Source: Cycas panzhihuaensis (Eukaryota > Plantae > Cycadophyta). Taken from it: a stretch of DNA of 64,000 nucleotides. Position numbers and translations under genes: made by a program. Position 1 is the first letter of the stretch. Every line of letters starts with the position of its first letter. The DNA is taken from positions 191,029,741 through 191,093,740 of the forward strand of contig CM041465.1 in assembly GCA_023213395.1 (NCBI GenBank). Reading direction: 5' to 3'. A model generated the notes under the pieces. It saw nothing but the letters and a program-made list of their open reading frames with translations. It searched no databases and was not told where the DNA came from. Positions 1 to 13,046 of this stretch are shown here, piece after piece.

Positions 1-152
1 CTCCATTGCAGATCCCGAACTCGCGCTCCGGCGCACGGGGCGCTCTGCGTGGTAGTTGCTTGCCTTGTAGGTTCCACTTCCTACCCTTTCCTCACCATCT
101 CTCCCCCGCGCCTATCTCATCGGTGGTTATCCGTAGTAGCGTCCAGCGACCA
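1..152 (+). repeat. 3' end of 5' LTR of E1
   Basis: First 81 nt identical to 8341-8421; similarity with indels continues to ~143. Ends ..CA just before a TGG-initiated motif. Confidence 0.85.
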
Positions 153-155
153 TCT

Positions 156-172
156 TGGGGGCGCCGAAGGGA
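156..172 (+). promoter_or_regulatory. Putative primer-binding site of E1
   Basis: TGGGGGCGCCGAAGGGA begins 3 nt after the LTR-terminal CA. Cognate tRNA not established (weak resemblance to the complement of a tRNA-Pro 3' end). Confidence 0.5.
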
Positions 173-1159
173 GCTAGTCTCGCTCTCTTCGGTTGGTTTC
201 GCTACTCCTGTGTGATCCTTTCTATACATGTCTTGACCTCCACGTTGGGCAGCCCCAGCCGCGTGTTATACCATTCCTTCTCTTTTCCACGACATCGCTT
301 CGGCCGACCTTGCATGCGCCGTTTCTCTCGTCGTTTGCGGTCTACCCCTTTGTTAGAAGACCCGAGTATAGCCTTCTTGCCTCGTCGGATCCCGATCCGA
401 CTATGGAAGGGTACTCTTGATTGGACCTACCACGCCTTGCTATGGAAACCCAAGCTCTTCCTTCATCATTCGAGTCCACCCAAGAGGGTGACGACTCCTT
501 TTACTACCCGATCGATCAACACCTTTCTTGTGCTCCCCATCCTTCTCTGACGCCAGTAGAGGGATCCGTTCCTCCCGAGGATTGCCCACGCGATGGCGAT
601 TTTATGAGGAACCTTCGGATGGACATGCCTTGTTCGAGGTCCCGATCACCTCTTATGGGTATGTGGGGACTCCTCCTTGACGTGCTTGAGGCTCTTGGAC
701 GGATCTTGGCCGTGCGGCATGCTCTCAACCACGTCCGAATGGCTTGAGGGTGTCTGCAGGGAGCCTCTTCCTCCTCTGCTCTTCCCCTCACGCTTCATCC
801 TCGTCCGCCTTTCTGTGACAACAAACCCTTTCGTGCCCTACGCGTCGCCCCATTCGTTTCACTGCAATGGGGGCACGTGTGGCACCTTCCATCCCTTATC
901 AAGGCCCTAATGCCTTAAGGCCTTCTCACGGTGTGTCATCCCTCAACGGGGTTAGCATACCCGTTCCCGATCCAACTAATGTCGTCTCCCAATCGCACAT
1001 GTCTGCTCTAGTAGGCCTAGTCGCCTGCTAGCCTCCCGGTACTTGATCGGGTGGGATTCGTTCCACGCATCTTCCAACCAGTAGCGTTGGTGCTTCTTTC
1101 TCGTTCCCCGGTATACTTCTCAACCTTGGGGCGGGGTAGAAGCCGTCTTCTGTTTATGG

Positions 1160-2560
1160 GTGGATCCGCTACACCCATACGGAATGGCCCCACCTACGGG
1201 TGGCATGTATGGGCGTAACCCTTCGCATCCCTCTTGTCCGCCATCCAATGCGGTTCCATCCGTTGTGCCTTGTGAGAATCTGACTCCCTTCCAAGGCGCC
1301 CTTTTTCCCGCCCCTTGTCAGCAAGGGGTGGTTCCTCAAGGAGGGATGGGTGTCCTACCCCCATCCGCTCCTTGCGCGCCACCTACTTCGACGTTCGTTG
1401 ATCCTACGGTTCAGGCAAGGGCGCGCCTTCGTGGACTTTAGGTCAACCCTCTCTCGGTTGAGGCGTTGCGAACCAACTTGCGCCTCATCCTCCCGAAGTT
1501 CCTAGATTCGATGGGACTTCGTCAAGAACCCGGCGGAGCATGTCCGTAGTTTCTCATGGCATGCATCGATTCTTGGGCTTCGACCATATTTTGATGAAAC
1601 TCTTTCCTCGATCCTTGCGGTGGCGCCCTTAAATGGTTTTATCGTCTCCACCTCGATCTATTCATTCCAAAGATTGGTGGGCGAGTTCATCAATTACTTT
1701 GATGTAGCTCGCCCATTCGAGGCGGGATGAAATCCTTCTCTCACTCAAACAAGGTCACGATGAGATGAATCGTGACTTTGTGCGGCGATTCCACGATCCG
1801 CTTCACTCCACCAAGGCGACTTTGCAGGAGGCTGAGCGGGACTGTTGTCAATGCACGCCGTCCGAAGTCCACGTGGAAGTCCTCAAGATGGGGCGACCAC
1901 GTGTGATTCCGCGATCGCCAAGTGCTTGGCGTTGGAGGCTATTGAGATCCAAGTGGTCTCAAGAAACCTCTTAAGCCCTCACTGGCCAGTGAGGCACCAC
2001 CCCCACCAAAGACACTAAACCTTCTCGGTACGCGGTCTTCCTCTCATCCCACCGAGAGGACCTTAGATCCCCTCACCTCGGTATCGCTCGTTCGAAGGCG
2101 TCGATGAAGGAGCTCAAGCTTCAAGGTCCTTCGTCTCCTACTTCAAACAAACAAGTCCAACAAACTACCCAAGCTCCTCTTCCCAGGAATGGGAACGCCC
2201 AGTCCTCCCAAGCGAGAAGGTCCGACCCTTCGCTTGAGAAGAAGTGGTGTTCCATTCATGGGGATTGCTTCCATGACGATTCACGTTGTAGGGCCCAGCA
2301 TCCAAGGGATGCCCCTCGACGCGATTCCTCTCCCAAACGGGCCTCAAGGCCTAATCTAGACCAACCCGTTCACAAGGATCCGTTCCCTAAACATGGGGAA
2401 CGTGATCGCAACCCCAAACCAAGAACAACTGTGAATCGAGGAAGATCACGATCCCCGCCCTTCCGCGACAAAGGGAAGGGCGAACTCTTCTTCCTCTTCT
2501 CGTTCTCCTGGCCAGTACTCGTCGCCTTCACGACCCCGGAATAGGGGGAAGAAGGTGATT
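1160..2560 (+). pseudogene. gag: Frameshifted gag of E1
   Basis: PKFPRFDG..HILMKLFPRSL..ALKWF capsid-like segments at ~1490-1700; CSIHGDCFHDDSRC (CX2HX4HX4C, Tat-type knuckle) at 2248-2289. Confidence 0.8.
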
Positions 2561-2824
2561 CAGTTGCTTGAAGCAACTCTGACTTTCGCCCTTACGCGAT
2601 CTCAAACCGCTAAGGAAGCGGCGGGAGCTGCCGGTTCTTCCGTTCCTTGATCCCCTTCCGAGACCCTTCCTCCGAATCCCTCTTTCCCCAAGGCTATTCA
2701 CGTGCGCCGGGTCGTTACGACTTTCAAGGGCACTTACCCAACCACCGGAAGGGTAAACCCTTCTCCGTCGTGGACGAGCTCCATACTTGCCGCCGCAGAA
2801 TGTCCTTGATGGACGTTCGAGGAG

Positions 2825-3607
2825 TTGTCCCAGCAACCGGGCCCTCCTCTGGAAGCTTTAGGATCGGGAGATGTGCCTGTCCACGCTTTGGGCGTCGCCC
2901 AGGGTGGCGGACCCACTATTTCCTTCGATCCTAAGGATCTTCCTCCCGCCGGTGAACGGGAACGTCAGTGGAACTTCCCATTCACCATCACGATCGATAC
3001 GCTTGATTGTACCCTCCGAAGAACTGTCGACAACGGCTCTTCTGTCAATGCCATGCCCTTGCGTGTTATGCAAGAGCTTGGTATCTCCGCCTTGGAACCC
3101 GTTCCCTGGCGATGCCAAGGGTATGCCGGTCGCGCGAAGACCCCTCTCGGATCTGTCGCGATTCCGCTCACCCTTGGGGGCAAAACCGTTCTTGCCGATG
3201 TTGTAGTCCTCGACGTTGACGTGGATTACAACCTCCTTCTGGGTCGCCCATGGCTCGACCAAATGGGAGCCGTGTGTTCGACCCTTTGGGGACAGCTTAA
3301 ATTCGTCCATGACGGACGAATGAGAGTGGTTCCCCGTGAACGTCCTTTTGCCAAACAAACTCGTTATGCCAATTCGGCAAACCAAGGTTCACCCACTCAC
3401 GCCTCGGCTTGTTCAATTGGTATACCCAATCCGTCAGAAGAAGATCCCACATCTTCCCTTCCTAGTCTCGCACGTTTTTCCCCTATTGGCGTCGGGAGTT
3501 ATGGGTACCTTGCTTCGTTCAGCGATGACGAATCGCTTGACGGAGACGAGGGTTGTCTCCACCCCATTTCTTTCCTTCGCGCCAATAGGCCGTACTGCCT
3601 CGCCTAG
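2825..3607 (+). CDS. Retroviral-type aspartic protease of E1 pol
   Basis: ORF contains VDNGSSVNAMP active site and YNLLLGRPWL motif typical of Tat/Ogre/Athila proteases. Confidence 0.9.
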   Translation: MSQQPGPPLEALGSGDVPVHALGVAQGGGPTISFDPKDLPPAGERERQWNFPFTITIDTLDCTLRRTVDNGSSVNAMPLRVMQELGISALEPVPWRCQGYAGRAKTPLGSVAIPLTLGGKTVLADVVVLDVDVDYNLLLGRPWLDQMGAVCSTLWGQLKFVHDGRMRVVPRERPFAKQTRYANSANQGSPTHASACSIGIPNPSEEDPTSSLPSLARFSPIGVGSYGYLASFSDDESLDGDEGCLHPISFLRANRPYCLA

Positions 3608-4084
3608 GCCCTCGCTTGGAACCTCTCTCGTTGGTGAGACTAGCCCCTCGTCGTGTCACACACCATCGCTCGTCTTGACCGCCGTCGGTTCTTCTTTTGA
3701 TTACCCCCCGCAGGTGATGGTTTTGAGGAATTGCCTTTCGCTCCTCTCGAGGAGCCTCTTTCTGGTTTTCCTTCGGATTTCCATGAAGGAGTTGAGCGAT
3801 CCGATGATCACCCCGGTCCCGTTGCTCCTGTCCCTTCTAGCGCTTCTTCTACTCGAAATAGGCTCATCCATGGAGTGGACTATTTCGAGGATGATGAAGC
3901 CCTGCTGGAGCACCTGGCGGGCCTTGCACCTAATCTGCCTTCTGGTCACCACCGCCACACACGGAAGATCCTTGCGATCGGATCCACGCCACGATCCGAT
4001 CCCCTCCTATTCCCCCTCCTCCCCTTGATCTTGCCCCTCTTCACTTTGAAGAGGGCAATGCCATGTGCATGGGGGGAATTCAAG

Positions 4085-4498
4085 ACGTAGTCTTGGCCCC
4101 GGGCAAGGTCATTAGGGTTGGGGCGGAATGCTCTCCTGATGAGATTAGGGAATATTCCCTTGTTCCGAATTTCGAGACATTTTCGCGTGGGATTATCTTG
4201 ACATGAAGGGAATCGACTCCTCGATTGTCACTCATAACCTCACCACCCTTCCCGGCGCCCACCATGCGCCCGGAAGCGGCGTCCTTCACCCGAAGCTTTA
4301 CCGCCAAGATGGAGGTAGAAAAGCTTCCGACGCCGAGCTCGAATATCTCCATGACCGTTTGACCAAATTCCAACCCCTGGGTCGGTCCTTTTGTCATTAT
4401 CGAATCTCTCGATAATGGTGCCTATAGGATAGCCACCTGGAGGGCTCGAATTTGAGAAAGCCGTTAATGGGATGTTCCTTAAGAAGTTTTACGCTTGA
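4085..4498 (+). pseudogene. pol: RT N-terminal stub fused directly to integrase C-terminal (GPF) tail
   Basis: FRDIFAWDYLDMKGIDSSIVTHNL..KMEVEKL joins at ~4335 to ELEYLHDRLTKFQP.WVGPF..VNGMFLKKFYA*. The LEYLHD tail matches the integrase ends of A and B. Confidence 0.85.
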
Positions 4499-5177
4499 CC
4501 CTTCTACGATCCCTCGCCACGAAACGAGCCTAAACTACCATCTTAGGTTGTCCCCATTCTTCCCAGCCGCGTGTAGAATGGCTATTTAAGATGGACCCCC
4601 TTTGTCTCTCTGGTTCCGCTCATGAACAGCGTTCCGTATCCTCTTGGGAACCTTGGTCCTCTCGCTTGGGCATCTCCCAACCGGAGGGGACGCTTGGGGG
4701 CATTGTTGCCCCTCTTTCCTGTCTGGCGTTTCCTTCGCATATCCCGTTATGCTCTCCTGCAGACATGTATGCCGCCCTGCTTCCTAACCTCACACCTCCA
4801 TGTCGTCCCGCTCACGGCGTGGGTGTGTGCCCCTGTTAGGTGTGTGGTTATACATGGAAGGAAACGTGTGCATCATACTATAAAATGTTCCTAACATGAA
4901 TCACCTACTACACAACATAACACTCACCCCATGCACGTACATATCAAAATCATGTCATCATACATCACAGGAAGCCGGTGTCCTTGCGGGGTACAATCAT
5001 ATGGTCCTATATATGACCCCACAGGCCGTGCTTTCCTCGCCAAACTATCCATCCATGTTCATCCGCTATGGCCCCTACAGGTTACCTCATTGCTAGGTCC
5101 TCCTACCCTTGGCCACCTGTCTGCATTTTCTAAGTGTTGCCTTAATCACCGATCATCTGCTTGGATTTTGTGTCACC

Positions 5178-5560
5178 TATGTGCATACATCTTTACCGAC
5201 GGCGGAAGCCGCGGTAACCCTGGACCTTCAGCCGCTGCGTGGATTCTCCATGACCCTTCCGGGTTATGATCTCCTCCGCTCTGGGATCTTCCTCCGGAGG
5301 CTACCAACAATGAAGCCGAGTATACAGCCGTCATCGAAGCCCTTACCGATGCCCTTCGTTTCCATCACGGACCCATTGTTTTGCTCTGCGACTCTCAAGT
5401 TGTGGTGTCTCATCTCACCCAGTCTCACCGGTGCGATGCCCTCACTGAGGACTCTTGCTTCTAGCGGATCCCTCGGCCCGTTTCTCTTCCGTTGATATCG
5501 GATATCCCTCGGGCTCTCAGCCGAGGCGAGATAGCCTTGTTCGCCTCATCCTTGAGCGCC
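5178..5560 (+). pseudogene. Archaeal-type RNase H (aRH) ORF in 3' region of E1, frameshifted
   Basis: IFTDGGSRGNPGPSAAAW..ATNNEAEYTAVIEAL..LLCDSQVVV; catalytic D, E, D present. Confidence 0.9.
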
Positions 5561-5963
5561 TTTGTCTCGCCTTGACCATCCCCGAGTCTTGCTTGGCCTT
5601 CCTGCCGCCCAAGCCTCGGCCGTTGGTCGCTCATGATCTTTCGCACCTCCGAAATCGGGTTGCTAACGAGGTAAAACTATGGTACCCACCATTTGTTCCC
5701 CATGTGGTCTGCATGCTCCTTTGCATTCATTGTGGTGGGGCAGCCCCTACTGCCTCTTTCTCCCGATCGGTTTCCTGTGTGGCTCATAAGCGGCCCCTAT
5801 GTTGTCTCCACCGCCAGATCCACGCGTTCGCCACGACACTCATGGCACCCTTGCCTCTTGATCGATCTTGATTGATATATCTATATACACATGTACTCGA
5901 CAGTTGTGTTGCGGATTCGCCATCGCATCGGGCTTCGAGCGGCGAGGCTCACGCCATAGGCGA

Positions 5964-8484
5964 TGTTTCCGGCTTCCGGAATGGATACTAATCACCGACT
6001 CTGTAAGTGCGGTATGTCTCTAGCATTATCATCACTTTTGTGTACTTGATTGTCTGCCTTACATATTTGCATGCGTATGACTTTGTGGGCGGCCCGGTGC
6101 GTCGTCCACACCTATGTTTAGCCTATGACGACTATAGCGGGGCACACTCTTAGCGAGTGTGGCACCACAGTGACCGTATTACTTCCGCATCGCCTCCTCT
6201 CTCCTGGACCCACCGGGTTTGCGCCACCTCCACCGTGTGATGTCTCATCGTCGCTTGGTTAGCTTGCCACCTCATTTGGGGCCTATTTACGCTCCCGTGG
6301 GCCCGTTTCTTGGCTTGTTTGCTCCGGGTGGGTGTTTTAGTTGTCCTTTAGCCTTTTCGGCCGCTTGCCCCACTGGACCGGTTGGCGGGCCCCATTTGTC
6401 TCTGGTGCATACTGGCGTAATCTTGGATCTGCCCGTGATCTTGTGATCATGGAATTTTCAGCTCATTTGGAATATCCATGATCGCTAAAATTCCGCCAGA
6501 TCTGCCTCTGTTTGTTTTAAAATCCGGGTAATTTCGCATTTATTGCGAACCGCCACGTGGTTCGCCTTTTTTCCTTCCAAAGGCCCTATTCACGTACTTT
6601 AGGGTTTTGCTTTAGTACTTAAGCATCTTTTGGGACTTTTTGGATCTTTTTACTCACTTTTGGAAGTTACTCTCAAGAAAACTCTCTCTGCTGCTCCGCT
6701 TTCAACTTGCTGCATGGGACTGCACTCTTCATACAGGCTCTCTCCTTCGGTTGAGACATTCTCTCAACCCCTCAAGCGCCTTGGAGGGCTCCTTTGAAGT
6801 GGTTTCAGTAGGTCTCTATCCAGCACCCATGAGCCCCACGTTTGCGGTGTTCTCCATCATACTTGTAGCGGGGCCTCAAACACTCTGCTTCCAGATCTGG
6901 GGCTTTTTCCAGCCCTCCTTCATTGTCCTTTGGTGAGGCAAGCCCCTTGCCTCTTCCTCCCAGTACTCTTTACTTTTGTTAAGTTCTTTGCAATATTCTT
7001 GCTCCAACTCATTTGTTCATGTTTGTTGCTTGAAGTTTGATCCTCTTTCCTTTGTGAGGGCTCATTGCTCCACTTTCTCTTGTCTCTTGCTGCGTTCTTT
7101 GTCCAAAGCAATGGCGTGAGGGGTTGCATAGGCTTTGGGAGAGGAGGCTGGGTGGATTCCGTACCACCTTCCACGCTCCCCAGCGGCTCCAAGCCCTCAA
7201 AGCTTCGCTCTCGCCTCATGTTGCTCTTGGCCATCTAAACAAGGGTTTAGAGACTCCTCAGGTCGCCCAAACCCGGTGACATCACGAGTTGCGCTGATTT
7301 GGGACCCCTTGCTCAGTTTGGGAATCATTCGTAGTTCTCAACTACCATTCGTGGCTTTGCCTTTGCTCCCGATTGCGGTTTGCTCCGTAGCATCCGGTTC
7401 CCGTGGGTGTCTTTGGGTCTTTCTTGCTCCTTTTGCTACTATTTTCTAGCCTTGAGTCTTGACTTTCTCCTCGCTGCCCGTGGCTCTTGGGGAGAGGTTT
7501 GGGCACCATTTGCGCGGTAGGCCACTCGAGGCTTACCTTGTTGTCCCACTTTATTTAGAGTATTTTTCCCTTGATTTCCTCCTCGTTGGACTAACATTGA
7601 TGCATGCCTATTTGGATTCGACTTATGTTGATATATATATATTGTTAGACCTTGTCGTTGCATGTTAGTACCCTCCTTCTGGAGGAGGAAGATCTTTGTA
7701 AACTGCGGTATTTGAGGCCTTGCGGAGAACGTTACGCTGATTTCTCTATCGGTGGCGCCTCTTGCATGTGTTACAACTTACGTTATCTCATTTCCTAGTT
7801 AGCGTTTCCTTCTTTCTTTCGGTGTGCACTTATTTTTAGGGAAGGTAAGGAAGCCCTGCTCGCCGCTCGCCTCACATCCCATGCGTTGCGTGGGCGGTTG
7901 GGTACTCCTCGTGCGGGCTACATCACCTCGCACGCCCTTGGCCCAGGTACACATTTCCTCCTCTTGCGTACTCTTGTTCTTTTCCTTTTTCTTCCTTAGT
8001 AATTAAGACATTGAAGATTAAAAGGAAAATTACCTTGTGTTTATTTGTTACGTATTTACTTCATTTGCATGCACCCCTTGTCTGTAGGAAAGGTTGTAGG
8101 AGCCTTCTTGATCCCTACTTTTCCTTCCTTCCCCTAACCGCACGAGCACCTCGCCTCCGCGTCGTTCGTGTCCCGGTTAGGCCGTGTAGGGTTGCTTTTG
8201 GCCTATCCTTGTTAGGTTCTTTCTCTCTCTCCCTTGGCCACCCAAGGGTGGGAGGTCCTGCTTTCGGGCCAACTCGGGTCATCTTACGTACCTTCGCCTC
8301 TTTATCCAAGGTGATGAAGGGTCACCCAGTAGTAGCCATACTCCATTGCAGATCCCGAACTCGCGCTCCGGCGCACGGGGCGCTCTGCGTGGTAGTTGCT
8401 TGCCTTGTAGGTTCCACTTCCCACTGCTTTCGTCACCATCTCTCCCGCGCTATCGCTCGAAGTGGTTATCCGTAGTAGCGTCGA
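5964..8484 (+). repeat. 3' LTR of E1 (~2.5 kb)
   Basis: Starts TGTTTC at the position homologous to the PPT/LTR boundary of C (39892). Shares blocks with the C LTR (TTTCRCATTTATT, TAGGGAAGGTAAGGAA). End matches window start. Confidence 0.75.
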
Positions 8485-8689
8485 GGTTGAAACTAAAAAT
8501 ATGATAAACATATCAAAAATGTGATTTCAAAATCAAAAATTTTGAGAAATCATGTTCTTGACTGATTTATCACATTTTTGGATTAATATATTATATTTTT
8601 GACTGACAAATCATGTTTTAAACTAATTTTTCATGTTTTTGGAAGTAAAAGAAAAATATAAAGGTTTTTATGATAATTATTGGGGCTAA

Positions 8690-8705
8690 CTTAGCTTTTC
8701 TTCTT
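8690..8705 (+). repeat. LINE target-site duplication, left copy
   Basis: CTTAGCTTTTCTTCTT, identical to 15086-15101. Confidence 0.95.
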
Positions 8706-8763
8706 TTTTGATAAGGTAAAATTAAATTGAAGGGGTTTTAACTAGGTCCCCAAACCTTTTATA

Positions 8764-11700
8764 TCACATCAAATAGTACAAATCAGCTTGACCATGACAA
8801 GCCCATGGTCTAGCCCTGAATATGAGAGAAACCTGACAGACTAATCTATCTGTCGCTCCAGTATAAGCATCTTTCCTCACCAGTCTCAGTAACTCTACTG
8901 GGAATTCCTCTTTCCAAACCATAGTTCTCTTGTTTGCCACCGCCCAATTTGCCAACCAATCAGCTACCGCATTCCCCTCCCTGTAAATGTGTTGGATCTG
9001 GACTCCACTGTTTGTCTCCAGTAACTCTTGCGCATCTCTGACAATGTCTTCATTGTGCCACCCGGGGTCCGCTTCCCCCCTTAAACAGTTGATCACATAC
9101 ATGGAGTCCCCTTCAATGACTACCTTCTGAGGCCCTTCCTCGCCTAAAAGAGCTATCGCCCTCTGCATAGCCCACATCTCTGTTCTTTGGTTCGTTTGAA
9201 TCCCAAGGTAGTCCGCAAAGGCCCACCTTAGCCTCCCCAAGTGGTCCCTGCAGAGCCCCCCCCCCCTGCCTCCCCAGGGTTGCCTTTAGCAGCGCCATCA
9301 AAGTTTATTTTGACCCAGGAAAGGTCCGGGGGGGACCACTTAGATTCTGGCCTCCTCGCTCTACCCCGTATCGGGATGCCCACCCCCTAGTTCTCCATGA
9401 TGCCTTCTTCCTCCTTTACCATGTTATCCTCCTTAGGAGGAGACAGCATTTTAGTGATGCCCTTCCTGATTTCCTCTGCCAGGACCGCCCTATCTGATTC
9501 CTTTCCTTCAAATATTCTCCTGTTACGTTCCTTCCAGATAATCCAGGATCCTACCGGCTGGATCATCTTCTATATTCTAGTCAATGTTTTACTCTTAAAT
9601 GGAGAGGCCCAGGCATTCCATTGATCTCTCAGAGTTCTAGAGGAAACCCATACTAATCCCAACCTACTCCATATGACGTTCCAGACGCCAATGGAGTACG
9701 GGCAATGAATACAGAGATGATCCAACGTCTCTATATCATCTTTACAAAGCACACACCTATTCACCACCTGAATGCCCCTCCTCATGAGATTATCCAAAGT
9801 GAGGATTTTATTATGAAGACACCACCACGGAAGGTCGCTATCTTGAAGGATCCCTGACTTCAAACTCAAATTAGAGATCATTCCCGCCCAAATTTTCCTC
9901 GAAACCAACAAAGTTATACCCATCTTTGACCGTATATGAACCCTTAGACGAAATAGGCCAAATCAACATGTCAGGGGAGGGCCTCTTCGGAATATACTGG
10001 TTGTCCAAAACCCTCTTCACCCTCTGGACCTCCACTTCGAAACCTTGCAACTCCTCAAATGATCTCCATTGCTGTCCTTTTCTTGCCCATCCAAAGAATG
10101 CTTGACTAAGTTCCCAAAGTGGGTCTCACAGACCCTCTTCATAGCTCCAATATTAGGCAGATCCTCTAATTTAGAGGGGCCACTCTATTTATCTTCCCAG
10201 AACCTTATGCTCTCTCCATTCCCCAACTTCCATCGTACTCCTTCTTGCAGGATGAACCTTGCAGAGAAGATGGCTTTCCATATTGGTGACCCCTTGGAAC
10301 AAGGGGCCTCCCCCACCAAGAAGTGATCACCTCTAATGTATTTTCTCGTCAAGATACTCCCCCATACCGAGTCGGCTTCCTTAGTGAGTCTCCAACCTGT
10401 CTTGGCCAGGAGCGCTATATTGAAGAGGCCCAATCTTCTAATATTGAGCCCTCCCGCCCATCTAGGTTTACACACTTTCTCCCAGGACACTAAGTGGAAT
10501 CTCTTTTTAACTTTTGCCCTACACCAAAGGAATCTCCTCATAATACCCTTTAGTGTAGAAGTAACCTTGTCCGATAATTAGAAGACAGACATCTGGTACA
10601 CAGGAATACTCTTGAGGGAGGTGACCACTAGCTGAATTTTACCAGCCCAGCTAAGAAGTGCCCCTTTCCACCCTTCCAGTTTTCTATTGAATCTTCTCAC
10701 CACAGAGTCCCACAAGGTCTTCCTCCCCCTCCCCACGAAGAGGGGCATACCCAGATATGATGCTGGAAGGGGCCTGCAAGGGATCCCCAATATCCTACTG
10801 ATCCTCCTTTGGTGCCTATCCGGGGTGTTGATGAAGAAAACTGAGCTCTTCTCTAAATTGATTTTCTGGTTGGTAGCTTTTTCGTATACCTGAAGGCCTG
10901 CTTTAAATGCCCTTGCCTCTTCTAAGGAAGCCTTACCCAAGAAGATATTGTCATCCACAAACTGATGGTGAACAACGTTATCCAGAATAGATGTAGCCTT
11001 CAGGCCGTTGATCCACCCCAGCCTCTGGGCCTCCAAAGTAGCTCTCCTAACAAACGGCCATAATTATGAACAGAAAGGGCGAGAGGGGGTCGCCTTGTCT
11101 CAATCCTCTGAAACCAGGCACGAACGGGGTTGATCTCCCATTTATGATCACTGAGAACGAAACCCTGGAGATGCAACACTTTATCCAGTCCCTCCAGACC
11201 TCCCCAAAACCAAACGCTTTTAGGCAATCCATAAGGCAGTCCCAGGCCACCCTATCATAGGCCTTGGACATATCAGTTTTGATAATCATCCCTGCCTCCT
11301 TCCTCTGAAAGGTCGAGTGCAGAGTTTCGTAGACTGCAATAATACCGTCCATAATTTGCCTTCCCTTAACAAAGCCATCTTGATTTTGTGATATGATGAC
11401 AGGGAGGGTCTCCCTTAATCGATTTGCTAGGACTTTCGCCAGAATCTTGTATTTAACATTGCACAGACTGATTGGCCTGAAATCCTCCATCGCTTCTGCT
11501 CCCTCCTTCTTTGGTATCAGTACAAGGAAGGTAGCCTGCCACTCTTTCAAGATGGTTCGCCTAAAGGAGAATTCATTTAACGCTGATAATAAATCATCCT
11601 TTATAATCTCCCAAAGAGTCTTGAAAAACCCAATGGAAACCATCCTGGCCCAGAGCCTTATCCCTACCCATACTAAAAAGAGCAAGCTCGACTTCTTTCT

Positions 11701-13025
11701 AAGAAAACGGTTCCATCAACTTGTTGTTTATCGTCTCAGAGATCACATTCGGGATGAGATGCAAAAGACCTTCCCTAAGCCCAGGATCCTGGCAACCAGG
11801 CTCTGCGAATAGGTCCTTAAAATAATCCATCGCAATGTCCCCAAACTGGTCCTCCGACTCATGTAGCACCCCATCCTTGCTACGGAGTTTACTGATCCTG
11901 TTGTGGGCCCTGTGCTTCAAAGTGGACATGTGGAAAAACTTAGTATTCCTATCCCCCTCCCTTAACCACCGCCTCCCGACTTCGCTTCCAAAGTGAATCT
12001 CCTCCCTAGCCAGTGCCTCATCTAATATTCTTGAGGTGCTATGTTCCATATGATCCAAAATCTGGGTCCTGCCTTCTACTTCTATCCTGTCCTCGATCCA
12101 TTTTAGCTCTGACATCAAGGCAGCTTTGTCTTCAAATATGTTTCCAAAAATCTCCTTGTTCCAGATCTTAACTTGTCTTTTGACCCAATTTAGCTTCCTG
12201 GAGAACCTAAACATAGCAGTACCATGAACTCTAACACCCCACCACTCCCCAATCCGATCCTTGAGTTCCGGGTGTTTTTGCCACATAAGTTCAAAGCGGA
12301 AAGGGGCCCCTTTATGATTCCCTGGGACGAAACCTTCGAGCAATAAAGGAGTGTGATCCGAGCCTATTTTTGAGAGGGCCACTACTTTGGTTCCTTCAAA
12401 ATGGCAAGACCACTCATAGTTAATTAGCATCCTATCCAATCTGCTTTGGATGTGATTATGGCCTAGATGCCTGTTGGACCATGTAAACCTCGCCCCTCCA
12501 AGGGGGACATCCATCAAGCCCCCCATTTGAAGGAAATCTCCAAGGTCAGACATACTTCTGGTCCAGCCTATTTGCCCGCCGGATTTCTCTTCCGGACACA
12601 AAGGCGTATTGAAATCCCCCGCCACCATCTAGGGGTCGTCCCAATCCTTATGGGACTCCACCAATCTTACCCATAATGACTTCCTACCCCCCTCTGTTGT
12701 AGGGGCATAAACGTTGGTGATCCAGAACTCTTTGTTGGACCACAAACTAACCAGGCCCACTGTTAAGAAGTGCTCTGACTTACCACATGGGCTTTCCATT
12801 TATTTGGATTCCAAAGGGAGACCAACCCTCCATATCCGGCGACTGCCACCGCCTCCACTCACCCCTGCTCCAAATCTTTTTGAGCACCTCGTTCTCCTTT
12901 GCCTGATCCAATTTAGTCTCCTGCAAGAGGACAATATCCGCCTCATTCCTCAACCTTAAAGACCTTACCAAACGTTGTTTAGAAGGGGCGTTGAGGCCCC
13001 TGATGTTCCATGATAGGACTTTCAT
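8764..13025 (-). pseudogene. LINE ORF2: AP endonuclease, RT, zf-RVT, RNase H (several frameshifts)
   Basis: MKVLSWNIRGLN, LLQETK, GDFN, SRLDR, SDH; FRPISLCN, DMSKAYDRV, GLRQGDPLSP, QFVDD; CVLC..ETLDHL..HC; NFDGA, IEGDS, HIYREGNAVADWLA. Confidence 0.95.
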
Positions 13026-13046
13026 GGAAATCCCTGTGTCCCCACC

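Larger units (their letters stand above)
1..8484 (+). mobile_element. E1: Ty3/gypsy Tat-type LTR retrotransposon, internally deleted (non-autonomous); 5' LTR cut by window edge
   Basis: 1-143 repeats at 8341-8482. Internal order: gag, CX2HX4HX4C knuckle, protease, RT N-terminal stub fused to integrase tail, aRH ORF, ~2.5 kb LTR. CpG-rich. Confidence 0.9.

Noticed and set aside
4130-4180. Hammerhead ribozyme core (CTGATGA)
   Set aside because: Lies in RT-coding sequence; no flanking helices or properly placed GAAA seen.
6000-8475. Numerous 60-154 aa ORFs in the E1 LTR
   Set aside because: No recognisable motifs; expected by chance in GC-rich sequence and not preserved in the C LTR.
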